From the NCBI RefSeq assembly GCF_964355755.1, contig NC_092678.1, forward strand, positions 14,472,371 to 14,536,370: a DNA stretch of 64,000 bases. Direction: 5' to 3'. The notes under the pieces were generated by a model. That model was not told where the DNA came from. It saw only the letters and a program-made list of their open reading frames with translations, and searched no databases. A program made the translations under genes and the position numbers. The DNA comes from Antedon mediterranea (taxonomy: Eukaryota; Animalia; Echinodermata). Shown piece by piece: positions 37,690 to 50,229 of this stretch. Within the stretch, counting starts at the first letter, position 1. Each line of letters starts with the position of its first letter.

Positions 37690-40600
37690 GTGTTGACTTA
37701 TTTTATGAACTTGGATTTATGTATGCACACCTTCTATTGTCTTGTGCTACTTTTCTGTAATTTTTAAACCATTTTAAGCTAAATAATCTATGATGATAAA
37801 GTGTTTGGTGTTTATCAATCTTTACTGCATAAGAGTTATTGTTATAATTATGTTACTTTTGTTTACCTAATTGTTAATAGGTATTTAAGTTTAAGAGTAC
37901 AGCATGTTATGGTGTCATAATATGGTATTTTGAAAATAATTAGGTACACACAAGTTCTTGTATCATGTAACATGAGATGTAAGTATAGATGATTGAAAAT
38001 TCGATAATAATGGTTTAAAGTACCACAATCTCTGAAGCTTGTATTATATAATGTACTGATCTGTCACAGGGTAATGATTATAGGGTAACCTGTGAGTTGT
38101 AGTTATAGTTTTTGGGGTATGAAGCCGTATGGTGGCACCTATTGGATTGGTCATACTCCTTTAGTTGTTAGTTGCGTTGGAAAGCAGTCTTATGGGTGAA
38201 GCTTTAGCAGTGGTCATGAGGTGCGAACAGAACTGTACTGATCTGGTGAGTGTCATGGTAACAAGGGCCATGATGGGTGGACTCGCATTGGAAATTCCTC
38301 ATACTTCTGCTATTGGGAGGGACCGTACTGGCTCCGTATTTAGTATCTTCACTTTAACAGTTGGCATGACATGATGGTTAGGAGTCCATTGCAGAATGTC
38401 TTAACGGGGAGTGGCATCCCGATGCTATTTCAGCAAACAATCGGGTATCTAATAATCAGTATACTTTTATCTTGAGACAGTGTGTCAGATTACAATATTT
38501 TGGGGCCAAGTATAGTCATCACGGGGAACATGTTATGGTTCAGTGATTTTGTTTTGATTTTTGATAATGGAATAGCCCATGGGGGATGGGAACCCTGCTG
38601 GACAGCCAAGTCTAGATAGCTGTATCCAAAGAGACATCTCTCTATTTGGCCTGGGTGACTGGGAGGGAGAGGAGTGTTCTCCTTGCTAATAATGCAAATA
38701 ATAAATGCTATATAATTTGTAATTAAACTGTCATAAACTGGTGAGTGAGAGTTTGTTATGACTTATATTTTATTTTCTGTTTCTTATAGTTGGTTTACAT
38801 TATAGGCCTGATTTTGTGAGGTTGAACATTGTTAAAACTACTGTACAAGTTAACTAGCCTAGGCCTAGGCCTAGCCCAGGCCTAGGCCTAGCCCTACATT
38901 ATATCCTAGGAGGCCTACAGTAACGACTAGCCTAATTTATGGAAATATTGCATTGAACTATCTATCTTTGATATCTGTATTACAGAGGCTGTTTTGTTTG
39001 CCTGTTTATATTCTAATAAATGTTTGTTGTGAGATCAAATCAAGACGATTTACCTGGTATCATCATTTCACGTGTCAACCGCTACCCCACATAAGTTAGG
39101 GAGGCTGGAGCCGTTTACATTACTATGAATCAACCTACTGTAACAGATCAATTAATAACAAATGATGCATCCATTCTTTTAAACAAAATATAAAAAGGAC
39201 AAAATTAGTAGTACTACTAGGCATAGTACTAGGCCTTTAGATAGTAGTACTACTAGCAGTAGTAGAAGTCTGCCTATAATAATCATCATATATATAATAT
39301 ATGCCTAGTAGTAGTTAGTTAGCTAGGCTAGTTTAGAACTAAAGAGTAGACATTAGTTACTATTGAAACTAGCCTAGGTAATAGGCCATAGTTTTAGTGA
39401 AACTAGTGTATGCCTATGACTAGTAGTCCATGGGCCATACATTTGTTTCGGTATCAAATTGGTGGCAAATGCTACCATACATTTTTGGAAAGCTTACTAT
39501 GTCTACTTTTCAGAAATCCATGATAGCAATGCCAATTGTACAGCTTAATAGTCATTTTTTTAGGATTATATAACACTGCCTACAGAAAATATGCAACACA
39601 AAATTTTGGGGTAGGGGGTAACACTTTTGCAAATAACTCTGGATTTAATGAACAGATTTGCATTTTCTTGGTATCAATATGTAGTGTATAGACTGCTTAT
39701 AAGTGTAATATATTTTTCTAAGTAAATTATTATTATTGACGCCATTAGAGGTCAGAAGGTCATTGGACTTTAATAATAAATGATGTTTTGTCTAATTAAC
39801 TTATAACTTTCAGTTTTTAACAAAAAAATACAATAGATGTTATGCAAACTGATGTTTTTATGAACATATAGACCCAAATAAACAAGAAAATTGAAGTTAA
39901 AGATTAACAAAATATAAATATGCTGTGTATTATGAAGAAATTTGTTGTTTTTAGTAATTTGTAATCGTTTACAATTATGGGGTAGGGGGTAACATTTTTG
40001 CGAATAACTTACAATTTAGTTAACATATTTGCATTTTCTTGCTAACAATATGTAGTGAATATATTGCCTAATTGTAATACACTTTTTAAAAATTAATCCT
40101 GCATTTGTTGACATCTTTAGAGATCAAAAGGTCACTGACCTTTAATAAAAAATGCAATTTCTTCTAAATTAGCTTATAAATTTCAATTTTAAACACAAAA
40201 ATACAGGAAATCTTATGCAAACTAATGTTTTTTTAAACCCATAGACACAATAAATAAGAAAATTGAATTTAACATTTTTTCAAAATTGAATATGCTGTGC
40301 ATTATAAAGAAACTTCGTCATTAGTAATTTGTGACAATTATGGGGTAGGGGGTAACCTTTTTGCAAATAACTTAAGATTTAGTGAACAGATTTACATTTT
40401 CATGTTATCATTATGTAGTGTATGGATTTCATTATTGTAATAAACTTTTTAAAAATGAATCCAGCATCTATTGACGTCTTTAGAGGTCAAAAGGTCAATG
40501 ACTTTCAATCAAAAATGCAATTTCTTCTAAATTAACTTATACATTTCAATTTCAATCACAAACTTACAAAAGATCTTATGTTGATGTTTTCCTAAACATA

Positions 40601-41469
40601 TAGACACAATGAATAGGAAAATTGAAATTAAACAAACAAATATTCTATGAAGTTATGAAGACATTTTGTCCGTTAATAATATTTTTTTATAAACAATTAT
40701 AGGGTAAGGGGTAACATTTTTTATAATAACTTTGTATTTAATGATCAAATTTGCATTTTTTTTGTATTAATATGTACTGTGTAGGTTGCCTAATTGTTAT
40801 ATTCTTGTTGAAAAAATAAAACGTAACATATTGACATCATTGTAGGTCAAACGATCATTGAACATTACCAAAAATTACAATTTCTTCCAAATTTAACATT
40901 AATAAAGTTTCAATTTTAAACACAAAGATACAACAAATCTATTACAAACTGGTATTTTTTTTCAAACCTATAAAGACAATGTACAAATACAAATTAAAGT
41001 TAAAGATTAAACACAAATAAACATGTATAGGCACTAACAATATGAAGAATTTTGACCATATTAGCAATTTGTAATCCTTAAAAATTATGGGGTAAGGGGT
41101 AACATTTTTGCTAATAACTTTGAATTTATTGAGCATATTTTGCATTTCTTGGTAACAAAAAGTAGGGTACTGTATAAACTGTTTAATTAAAAATTGTTAT
41201 ATCAAAAAATTATGCAACATTTTGATCTCAAATAATATTACCAATAGTGGTTGTGTAGTTTTATTTAAAGCCTGTAGACAAAATTTTAGTATTTAGTGTT
41301 GTTGTGGGGTACAAAATAACATTATGCATGACTTGTTGGAGGGTATACATTATTGAAAAAAAAAATAATGATTTTGTTTTAATATGAGGATAGGAGCTTT
41401 TTAAAAACATTTATTTCATCGTGAAATTACAGGGTGGATAAACTATTTTATAATTTATCGTGATTATAA

Positions 41470-41606
41470 ACTAAGTTTCACTTAAGGCTTAAGGAGTGGA
41501 GTTGAAAGAGTCGTGAGTTACAAGCCTGGCACTTGGTCAGGATTGAACCCCGGACCTTGGGATTGGAAGGCAAGCACGTTAACCACCAAGCTACAGCTCC
41601 ACTACT
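41470..41606 (-). mobile_element. tRNA-derived SINE or tRNA pseudogene
   Basis: GGAGCTGTAGCTTGGTGGTTAA (A box) and GGTTCAATCC (B box) on (-). Acceptor and anticodon stems do not pair. Confidence 0.7.
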
Positions 41607-42909
41607 TTATATAGGGTATTTGGTTATTTTTAAAATACATACCCTCCGGCTACTGTTTTAGGCTATACTGTATAAATTGTTATTATTTTACAGATTGTAC
41701 TTTAAATCAATTAATCGACTTATATAGTAATTTTAAAAATGACACTAGGGCCTACCAATTAAATTTGTATTTAAAAGATATTCTTTTTCTATAAATGTTC
41801 ATCTGATATTTTCCTGTATCTTGGTTTACAAAAATGAACTCCGTAACAATATGTAAATGTTTCAGATCTGCATATCAGCTGCAGTTTAGCAATTCACACT
41901 TTCTAGAAAAATTAATTCTAATATATTACATCGTCAAATTCCAGTCATTTAAAACAACTGGGTACGGTATATATAGAAAATGAAATCTTTAAAAGACATG
42001 ATTTTGTTATCGCAAACTAGAGTATGATCTTGTGCAATGTTCCTTGACATTTTGGAATATGATACTTCGCAAGTTTCCCGATTTTGATCAACGTTACCGT
42101 TAATATCTTTTAAAATGTTATGAAAAAGCTGACGAAAATACTAGAATCAAGTACACTGGTACAGCACGTTATAGTCTTCAGTCTGTATTCTCTAGAGATG
42201 TGAAGGGCATCCAACAATGGATAGAAACACCATTTGGCTCAGTGGCGTCTGTGAGCAATGAGGAAAATGTAAAGTATGCATGACAGTCTCTTCTGAAGAT
42301 GTACCAGATATGATTTTTCCTTCTACTCCTGTGTAAATTGTATTGACTGGACCTTCTCACCTAACTTTAGGTGGTTGTGTCAGAGTTATCCTCCAATATT
42401 ATTGTTAATTTCCATGTCAATGTCTCTATCGACACAATATTTTGGGTCCTTTCCAGGAGTCCAGAAAATACAAAGAGACTGAACACCGTAACATGCTGCA
42501 CCAGTGTTCTTGGTTAAAACATTGGTTAATAGATATTAATGGTAACCTTGATCAAAATGGGGAAAACTTACAACCACCTTCGACCATGCCAAGATACATG
42601 GCACATACTTCAAACTGCGATATGAAAACATAGAGATACCCTGTTCTTTCAAGCGTATGTGGAAGATGTGGAACTGCAGCTAATATGAAAATCTAAAACA
42701 TTGACATATTAATGAGTTTGAATAAACTAACTGTTTTCTTTAAATCAAGATGAAGTAAAATGTAATTATCCTGTAATATTACAATACCATAACAGTTTTG
42801 TTTAGAAAACTATCTCATTTGCATTTGCAAACCAGATGAACAATTATAACCTTAGAATATCTTATCAGTTACAAATAAAAGATATAATTGGTAATCTAAA
42901 CAATTTCTA

Positions 42910-45705
42910 TGATTGTTGCTAACGTTTTCCGTCTTCCGACATTACGCTTTCCACAATTTGTTTCCATTTTTTTCTGTTTATGGCAGGATGGTTTGCTATT
43001 GTGTTAGTGTCTACTAGTCCTTGTAAGTCTTTCTTTATTTGATTCATCCAGTTATTTCTTGGTCTTCCTACGGGTCGTTTTACTTTCCTGTTAGTTTCCT
43101 TCATTGTTTGTTTGATTGGGGTATCATCCGGTAATCTAATTATGTGTCCATACCATTTTAGTCTCCTTCGTTTAATTCTTTTACTCCATTCTTCTTGTTT
43201 TGTTATCTCGTATATTTTCGTGTTACACACTCTATCTGTTAATTTAATATATATCATCTTTCGCAACATTTTCCTGTGATATATATCTATACTCTCTTGT
43301 AATTTTTTGTTTAGTACCCAGAGTTCACTGTTATATAAGAAAATACTTGCTATGTATGCGTCAAACAAACGGGATTTCACGTCTATAGACATCGTTTTGT
43401 GTTCTAGCGACGGCTTCAGCTTGTTATATGCCATAGCTGCTAGTGATTTTCTTCTTTTAATGTCTTTTTCTGTGTCCAAGTTACTACCGAGGTATTTGCA
43501 TTCTTCCCATTTACTATCGGTGTTTCTTCCTATTAGGTATTCTTCTGTTTTACTTTCGTTTATCTTTAGATTGAATTCTGCTAATTTCTCTGTTACATTT
43601 TTCTTTATTTTAGTTATGTGTTCTTTTGAGTCGCTAATAAATGAGATGTCATCTGCATACTGCATCTGGATATTAAGCTGTTGTAGGGGTAGTGGTGTTG
43701 TGTTTGCTGATTCGAGTGCCTTTGCTAGGTATAGTGTGAACAGTATCGGAGACATACAGTCACCTTGTGGTACTCCTAGTGTAGTAGTAAACAATTTGCC
43801 TGTCTGTTTTCCAATTCGAAGGCTTAATTTTACATTGTTTATCAAAACTTTCAAAATGTGTAGTTCATCATCTTGTAATATATGTGTCAGTATGTCGAAT
43901 AGAGTATTCGTCCGCACCGTGTCAAATGCACTGGTCATGTCAAGTAGTAGTAGTATTATTTCGTAGTTAGATGACGCAATTGCCTTTTCTGCTAACATTT
44001 TGCATGTATGTACATGTTCGGTAGTGCTTCGTCCTCTGCGATACGCGGCCTGTGTTACAGGGACATGTTCATCTAATCTGTCGTTTATCCTATTTAGTAA
44101 GCATATTGCTAGCATTTTCCTAAGAACCGACAGTAGGATGATGGGTCGGATGTTTTTTGGTGGACCTTTTTTCTTGCCTGGTTTTGGTATTGGATGCAAT
44201 ATGCCTTCGTTGATTTCTTTAGGTATGTTTCCTGTTTTAGCTGTTTGGTTATATATGTCTGCTATGTGGTTAAAAACTTCTATAGGTGCATATTTTACCA
44301 TTTCAGGGTATACTAGGTCACTTCCTGTTCTTTTATTATTTTTTAAGCATTTTGCTGCTTTGGCAACTTCATCACCTGAAAAGGGAGACTTCATTTCAAT
44401 AGGTTTAATGTTTTCGTTTATAGGTTTTTCTTGTGATTTGTGATAGACGTTTTCAAAGAAATTGCTAATTATTTCTACCTGCTCTTCTTCGTTTGTTGTT
44501 ATACCGAACTCTGTTTCTACCACAAGTCTTTTATTTTCGTTAAGTTTTAGGTTTTTTACTGCTTGGTACATTCGTGTTGAGTCATCTTTGAATTTTTCAA
44601 TTTCAGCTATCTTTTCTTTTAGTGTGTCTTCTTTTTCTTTATTAAGTTCAGTATGAATACTCTTTATGATTTGATTTCTTTCTTTTCTAAGTTTTGTTTT
44701 CTTAGATTTGTCATTTGATGAATTTATGTCGCACCTCAATTGTTTCTGCTTCTTCGATAACTCTTGTATATATTTATTGTTTGATTTAGACTTTGCTTTC
44801 CTGTAACCAACCACTTCCAATGCTACATTCTGAAAGACTGTCGTTTATTTGGTCCATTTCTCTTGTGGTTCCAGGTCATGGATGTTCACAGATTGTATAC
44901 ATCTCGATACCTCTCTTTGATATGTTTGTCTGTTTTGTTGTGCTTGAAGTTTTGACACATCTATTTGTTTGGTTTTCTTAGCGTTACTATTTAATTTATA
45001 CCATTGTAGTGTTAAAGTTGTCTTGACTAATCTATGATCAGTGTATGTTCTCGTACCACTGTATGCTCTTGCGTTAGTGACTAGCTTCATGTGTGAATTC
45101 TTAACTAGAATGTAATCGATCTGGTTTCTGTAGGGGTTGCGTCTGATCTCTCCACTCTTCTGATCGTTATACTGATCGCGTCTCTGCGGGCATTCCCACG
45201 TAGTCCTATGTGACATCTTATGTTTAAACATGGTATTTGTTAGTACTAGATTATTTCTTAGTGCACATTCAACTAGCTGAGTTCCATTATTGTTCGTTTT
45301 TCCTTTACCATATCTTCCTACACATTGTGGGTAATCAGGATGGCTGTCCCCCGTTTTTGCATTCATATATCCAGCTAATATTAGGATATCTTTGTTTTTT
45401 GCTTCATTTAATGCTTCTTGTACTTCGTCATAGAACCTATCTCTATCCCAAGGTTGTTGTTCACTGTGTTCTAAAGTAGGTGCATATGCGCATACGAAAA
45501 GTACATTCCTGGGTTTTGGCCTACGCCTCGACCCAGGCTTACCTCCTCTACTTTCTATGTTGATTCGGGCTGTAATTACTCTCTCCGATATTTCCTTAAA
45601 TTCTGCTTTAAAACTGCTCTCAACTAGAATTCCAACGCCATGTCTTGTGTTGTTTGCGGGTCCATGATTACTATAGACAATTGAATGTTTAGAATATGTA
45701 AATTA
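42910..45705 (-). mobile_element. RTE-clade LINE, 5'-truncated, near-intact APE-RT ORF
   Basis: One frame from ~45700 to 42919 with a single TAA (44845-44847). Motifs GVG, AYAPT, NQIDYIL, TDHRLV, GVPQGDCMSP, YADD, KYLG. Very short 3' UTR with a CAA-type tail. Candidate TSD AAACAATTT. Confidence 0.9.
42919..44820 (-). CDS. Reverse transcriptase portion of the RTE LINE ORF (633 aa open frame)
   Basis: Uninterrupted ORF with non-LTR RT motifs and the RTE C-terminal RRLKWYGHIIR..RPVGRPRNNW signature. Confidence 0.85.
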   Translation of the reverse strand: MEVVGYRKAKSKSNNKYIQELSKKQKQLRCDINSSNDKSKKTKLRKERNQIIKSIHTELNKEKEDTLKEKIAEIEKFKDDSTRMYQAVKNLKLNENKRLVVETEFGITTNEEEQVEIISNFFENVYHKSQEKPINENIKPIEMKSPFSGDEVAKAAKCLKNNKRTGSDLVYPEMVKYAPIEVFNHIADIYNQTAKTGNIPKEINEGILHPIPKPGKKKGPPKNIRPIILLSVLRKMLAICLLNRINDRLDEHVPVTQAAYRRGRSTTEHVHTCKMLAEKAIASSNYEIILLLLDMTSAFDTVRTNTLFDILTHILQDDELHILKVLINNVKLSLRIGKQTGKLFTTTLGVPQGDCMSPILFTLYLAKALESANTTPLPLQQLNIQMQYADDISFISDSKEHITKIKKNVTEKLAEFNLKINESKTEEYLIGRNTDSKWEECKYLGSNLDTEKDIKRRKSLAAMAYNKLKPSLEHKTMSIDVKSRLFDAYIASIFLYNSELWVLNKKLQESIDIYHRKMLRKMIYIKLTDRVCNTKIYEITKQEEWSKRIKRRRLKWYGHIIRLPDDTPIKQTMKETNRKVKRPVGRPRNNWMNQIKKDLQGLVDTNTIANHPAINRKKWKQIVESVMSEDGKR

Positions 45706-48028
45706 TAAAAAACAATTTACAACACAGAAGCTGGATATGTTTATCATTATCAATATGTAATAACAATGAAACATCAAAGATATATATTATCCTCATATTT
45801 AAAATTCATTTATTTTAATTAATAATAAATCAAATAATGTATACCTTCCAAAAAGTCATGCATTTTGTTATTTCGTACCCCGTAACAATACTAAACGGTG
45901 AATTTTTTTCTATAGGTTTAATAAGTTAAAAACCACATAAATCTATTGGTAATAACATTTTGATAATTTTTTAATATATAGCAATTAAACAGTTTATATA
46001 TTACTTATTGGTTCCTAGAAATGCAAAATATGTCTACTAAATTCAAAGTTATTAGCAAAAATGTTACCCCTTACCCCATAATTTTTAATAATTACAAATT
46101 ACTATTACGGTCACAATTCCTAATATTATTACACATGTTTATTTGTTTTTAATCTTTAACTTCAATTTCTTGTCCATTGTCTTGATAGGTTAAAAACAAA
46201 AGTTAGATTTGGTGTATTTTTGCGTTAAATATTGAAACTTTATTAATGTTACATTTGGACGAAATTGCATTTCTTTAAATGTCCAATGACCATTTGACCT
46301 ACAATGATGTCAATATATGTTACGTTTTATTTTTTCACAATGAATATAACAATTAGGCAACCTACGCAGTACATATTAATACAAAACATATGCAAATGTG
46401 ATTACTAAATACAAAGTTATTAGGAAAAATGTAACCCCTTACCCTATAATTGATAATAATACATTACTATTAACAGACAGAATGTCCTCATAAATTCACA
46501 GAATATTTGTTTGTTAAATTCAATTTTCTTATTTATTGTGTCTATAGGTTTAAGAAAACATTAGTTTGCATAAGATATCTTGTATTTTTGTGTTTAAAAT
46601 TGAAATGTATAAGCTAATTTAGAAGAAATTGCATTTTTGATTAAAGGTCATTGACCTTTAACCTCTAAAAGACATCAATAGATGTTCGATTCATTTTTTA
46701 AAAGCATATTACAATAAAGAAATCCATACACTACATACTGATAACAAGAAAATGTAAATGTGTTCACTAAATCTTAAGTTATTTGCCAAAAACGTTACCC
46801 CCTACCCCATTATTGTCAAAGATTACTAATGACGGAACAATTTCTTTACAATGCACAGCATATTCAATTTTGAAAAATGTTAACTTCAATTTTCTTATTT
46901 ATCGTGTCTATAGGTTTAAGAAAACATTTAATTAGTTTGCATAAGATATCTTGTATTTTTGTGTTTAAAATTGAAATTTATAAGCTAATTTAGAAGAAAT
47001 TGCATTTTTTATTAAAGGTCAGTGACCTTTTGACCTCTAAAGATGTCAATAAATGCGGGATTCAATTTTAAAAAGTATATTACAATTAGGCAATCTATAC
47101 AATACATACTGATAGCAAGAAAATGCAAATCTGTTAACTAAATTGTAAGTTATTCGCAAAAATGTTACCCCCAACCCCATAATTGTAACTGATTACAAAT
47201 TACTAAAAACAACAAATGTCTTCATAATACACAGCATATTCATATTTTGTTAATCTATAACTTCAATTTTCTTGTTTATTGGGTCTATATGTTCATGAAA
47301 ACATCAGTTTGCATAACATATATTGTATTTTTTTTGTTAAAAACTGAAAGTTATAAGTTAATATTAGACAAAAAATCATTTTTTATTAAAGTTCAATGAC
47401 CTTCTGACCTCTAATGGCGTAAATAATTGTTGGATTTACTTAGAAAAGTATATTACACTTAAGCAGTCTATACACTACATATTGATACCAAGAAAATGCA
47501 AATATGTTCATTAAATCCCGAGTCATTAGCAAAAGTGTTAACCCATACCCCAAAATGTTGTGTTGCATATTTTCCGTAGGCGGTGTTATATAATCCTAAA
47601 AATGACTATTAAGCTGTACAATGGGCATTTCTATCATGAATTTCTGAAAAGTAGACATATTAAGCTTTCCAAAAATGTATGGTAGCATTTGCCACCAATT
47701 TGATACTGCTTTCGCAAAAAAGTGGACCTGGCCCATGGACTATAGGTAGAAAAGTGGGTAGGAAAACTAGGCCTATATAGTAGTTGTGCCTAGACTAGTC
47801 TAGGTATGCCTAGAGGTAGGCCTAGGCTAGCTATGCATATGCTAGGCCTGAAGTTTGCCTTAAAATTAAAATTAAATTACACAAGAGTCTCTTTAAATAT
47901 TCAAGATTTACTTTGTTTTCCAATATTTTTATTTATGCTTCTGATTTAATGGCAAAATTGGTTGTTTTGTGTCACTATTTATTCATCAGGCCTCTGTCAC
48001 ACGTGTACACGCGTACTGTGTGTAGAAT

Positions 48029-49707
48029 CAAAGAATATTATCACAAGAATGAGTAATCCGCGATTTTCCCTGTAATAGTAATAATATTGTAAAAACAGTT
48101 TGCTTCATCAACCAGGCGCTACGATAGCGCTACCGGGCGTGTTGGTGTTTACGCGTTTTCACAAAGGATAGTTTAATAATATTCCGATATTTAACATGTT
48201 TCAGGTAAAACAAATACATCTTAATGAAATTTAACATTGTATCCTATGAATAACCTGTATTTTATACTAATTTATATCATAAAAACAATACTTAATTTAC
48301 CGGGCGTAGATAAGTACGTGACAATGGTAAAGACTAGGCTGTGCTGAGTAACGCTTTGTTAATTTTTTGTGTTGCTGTTAGGCCTTTTTTGTGAACTAAT
48401 TTAGCATGTTAGTAAATAATTGTGTTTAGAAGTGAAATTACACTAGTTTATTTAACACGTTGACTTCCAAACACGAAGATCTTCGTGTTTGGAAACATAA
48501 GGCTCGACTGCAAAACACGAAGATCTTCGTGTTTCGCGTTTTTTTTACGAAATCCGGTAGATAGGTTAATTATTGGTATATACTATGAATATGGACACTA
48601 TATTCGGTCTGGAAGGTCAATATTTTACTTTATTAAAGTAACTAATCTGGTTACGAACAAATGTCAAAATGGTACCTGCCAAAATAACATACACCGTGCA
48701 TCACAGTAGCGCGTACAGCGATGGCTTGGCGCATTGTGTATCGGTCGCGCGTTAGCTATGCCGCAGAAGCATTACAAAGGCTGTTGTGGATTGGCATGTT
48801 TGTTTGTTATCTGAATAAAAATAAATTGATGAATTTTCAATATGAAGTCTTTAATTTTATTATTGTATGTATAGGCCTACCCTAATTATTTTGGTGTTTC
48901 ACTGTAAGTGGCCGAGTTTCACGCAACAAACTTGTTTAGAAATGGTATGGATATTATCATCAATTTACTAGCTATAGGCTAGTAGTACTACTAGGCTAGC
49001 CTAGGCCTAGTCGTAAAACGGTTCCGGACCAACTTTAGGAATAGTTAACTAGGCCTGGTGTCTTTACTATATTGATTTTGGCGAAACATTGATGCAAGAT
49101 TTATGATTTATAAAATGTAATACATTTTTCGATAGTGATAACTTGTTTTTATAGGCCTATCGGTGCCGTGTAAGTAACTCTTTTGTTGTTTGTTGATCTC
49201 ACCTGGCTATATTTTCATAATGTGAGGTCTTGCACAAAATCACGAATAACTTTCTTGCGTGAAACTATGAAAAATTAAAAAAGTGGGTTACTTTCATTTT
49301 ACCATTACGATTTACATATTATGATTTGAAAATCGTTCTTAGTACCATTGTAAAGGTAAAATCTTTATGATTATTTTAGTCTAAATTACATGTAAATCAG
49401 ATTACATACATAGTTTCAATCAGCTTTAATAAAAATATCGAATTAGGCTAAAAACGCTGGCGGTGGCAGTTATTTTCTAACTGGAAACACTTCTGGCAGT
49501 CAAAGTGTTAATGAATATGTATTATAAAATGGGTTACAATTGCAAAATATATTATCATAATTCTATTTAATGTGAAATGTATAATATCTATTAAATCAAG
49601 TCTTATTTAGTCGGTATACATTCACCCTTATGAGGGCGGCATCACTCTCTGTTACAAATTTTTCAGGCAACAATCGCGCAATACTCATTCTTGTGATATA
49701 TTCTTTG
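48029..49707. mobile_element. P-element-like non-autonomous DNA transposon
   Basis: TIR CAAAGAATA(T)TATCACAAGAATGAGTA at both ends. Flanks GTAGAAT/TTAGAAT (7-bp TSD with one mismatch). It interrupts the Harbinger transposase remnant. Confidence 0.6.
48456..49507. mobile_element. piggyBac-like non-autonomous element
   Basis: TTAA on both sides. TIR CACGTTGACTTCC / GGCAGTCAAAGTG. Palindromic subterminal repeats at 48465-48494 and 48513-48534. Confidence 0.7.
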
Positions 49708-50229
49708 TTAGAATCTATAAGCTGACCTCTAGTTGAACTTGTGCAGGGTAAATTGGACCCTGGACGCGTAGTACGTGACTGCAATGCTAGCTTGTTTAGA
49801 ACAAGTTTAGAAGGAAACATCATGGACCACCTAGCTGCTGTAATTTTCTATGGCTTAATCCATGACCACTTGGTTCAGGTTTCATGAATACCATATCAAA
49901 GATAGTCCAGGATTATCCTTAGTCCTGCACTAGGCTAAGGATAGTCCAGTACTAAAGATAGTTCCCTTTCATGAATACCGGCCAATGAATTTAGGCGTTC
50001 ATAATCGGCGGCCACAATTATCGGACCGACTTGATACCTAGCTAATAGTGTGCCTAGCCTATGCATAGGAAGCTAGGTTTAGGCACCCTAATATATGCAT
50101 ATCAATACGCTGTAGAATCACCGCACACCGACACGGCCCATCGCGTGTCACACCACAGAGGAACGTTTTGAATGTGATATGGTTGAGCGATTCCATCCCG
50201 ATATCACAGATGTTATGGTTTTAGCTACT

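Larger units (their letters stand above)
31980..38856 (+). mobile_element. Near full-length Ty3/Gypsy LTR retrotransposon (degenerate)
   Basis: Direct LTRs at 31980-32318 and 38531-38856. Gag with CYECGQKGHYKRQC knuckle, protease ILDTG, RT YLDD, RNaseH VDASF/FTDHNPL, integrase AIDF/SDQGRNFE/ERFNRTL. Several stops and frameshifts. Confidence 0.95.
39424..47742. mobile_element. Academ-type foldback DNA transposon with ~1.8-kb inverted, internally repetitive arms
   Basis: Termini TAGTCCATGGGCCA / TGGCCCATGGACTA with 3-bp TSD TAG (39421-23, 47743-45). Five ~360-390 bp units per arm: GGGGTAAC anchors at ~39607, 39979, 40342, 40701, 41088, mirrored at ~47537, 47164, 46794, 46431, 46063. Confidence 0.75.
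29405..49983. mobile_element. PIF/Harbinger-type DNA transposon expanded to ~20.6 kb by nested insertions
   Basis: TIRs GGCCCGTATTCATGAAAGG / CCTTTCATGAATACCGGCC, with shared CTGGACTA subterminal repeats. HARBI-like remnant on (-): LQSRTTR..PAQVQLEVSL-RF (~49780-49710) resumes as CTRVTEA (~48010-47990). TSD not clearly preserved. Confidence 0.7.

Noticed and set aside
41520-41600. Functional tRNA gene (also 61290-61365)
   Set aside because: A and B boxes are present but cloverleaf stems are broken. The second copy has a SINE body, tail and TSD.
43307-44981. Long plus-strand ORFs (219, 147, 64, 62 aa)
   Set aside because: Antisense shadows of the RTE RT ORF.
49596-49823. 75-aa ORF on the minus strand
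   Set aside because: Chimeric: it reads from the Harbinger transposase remnant into the TIR of the P-like element at 49707.
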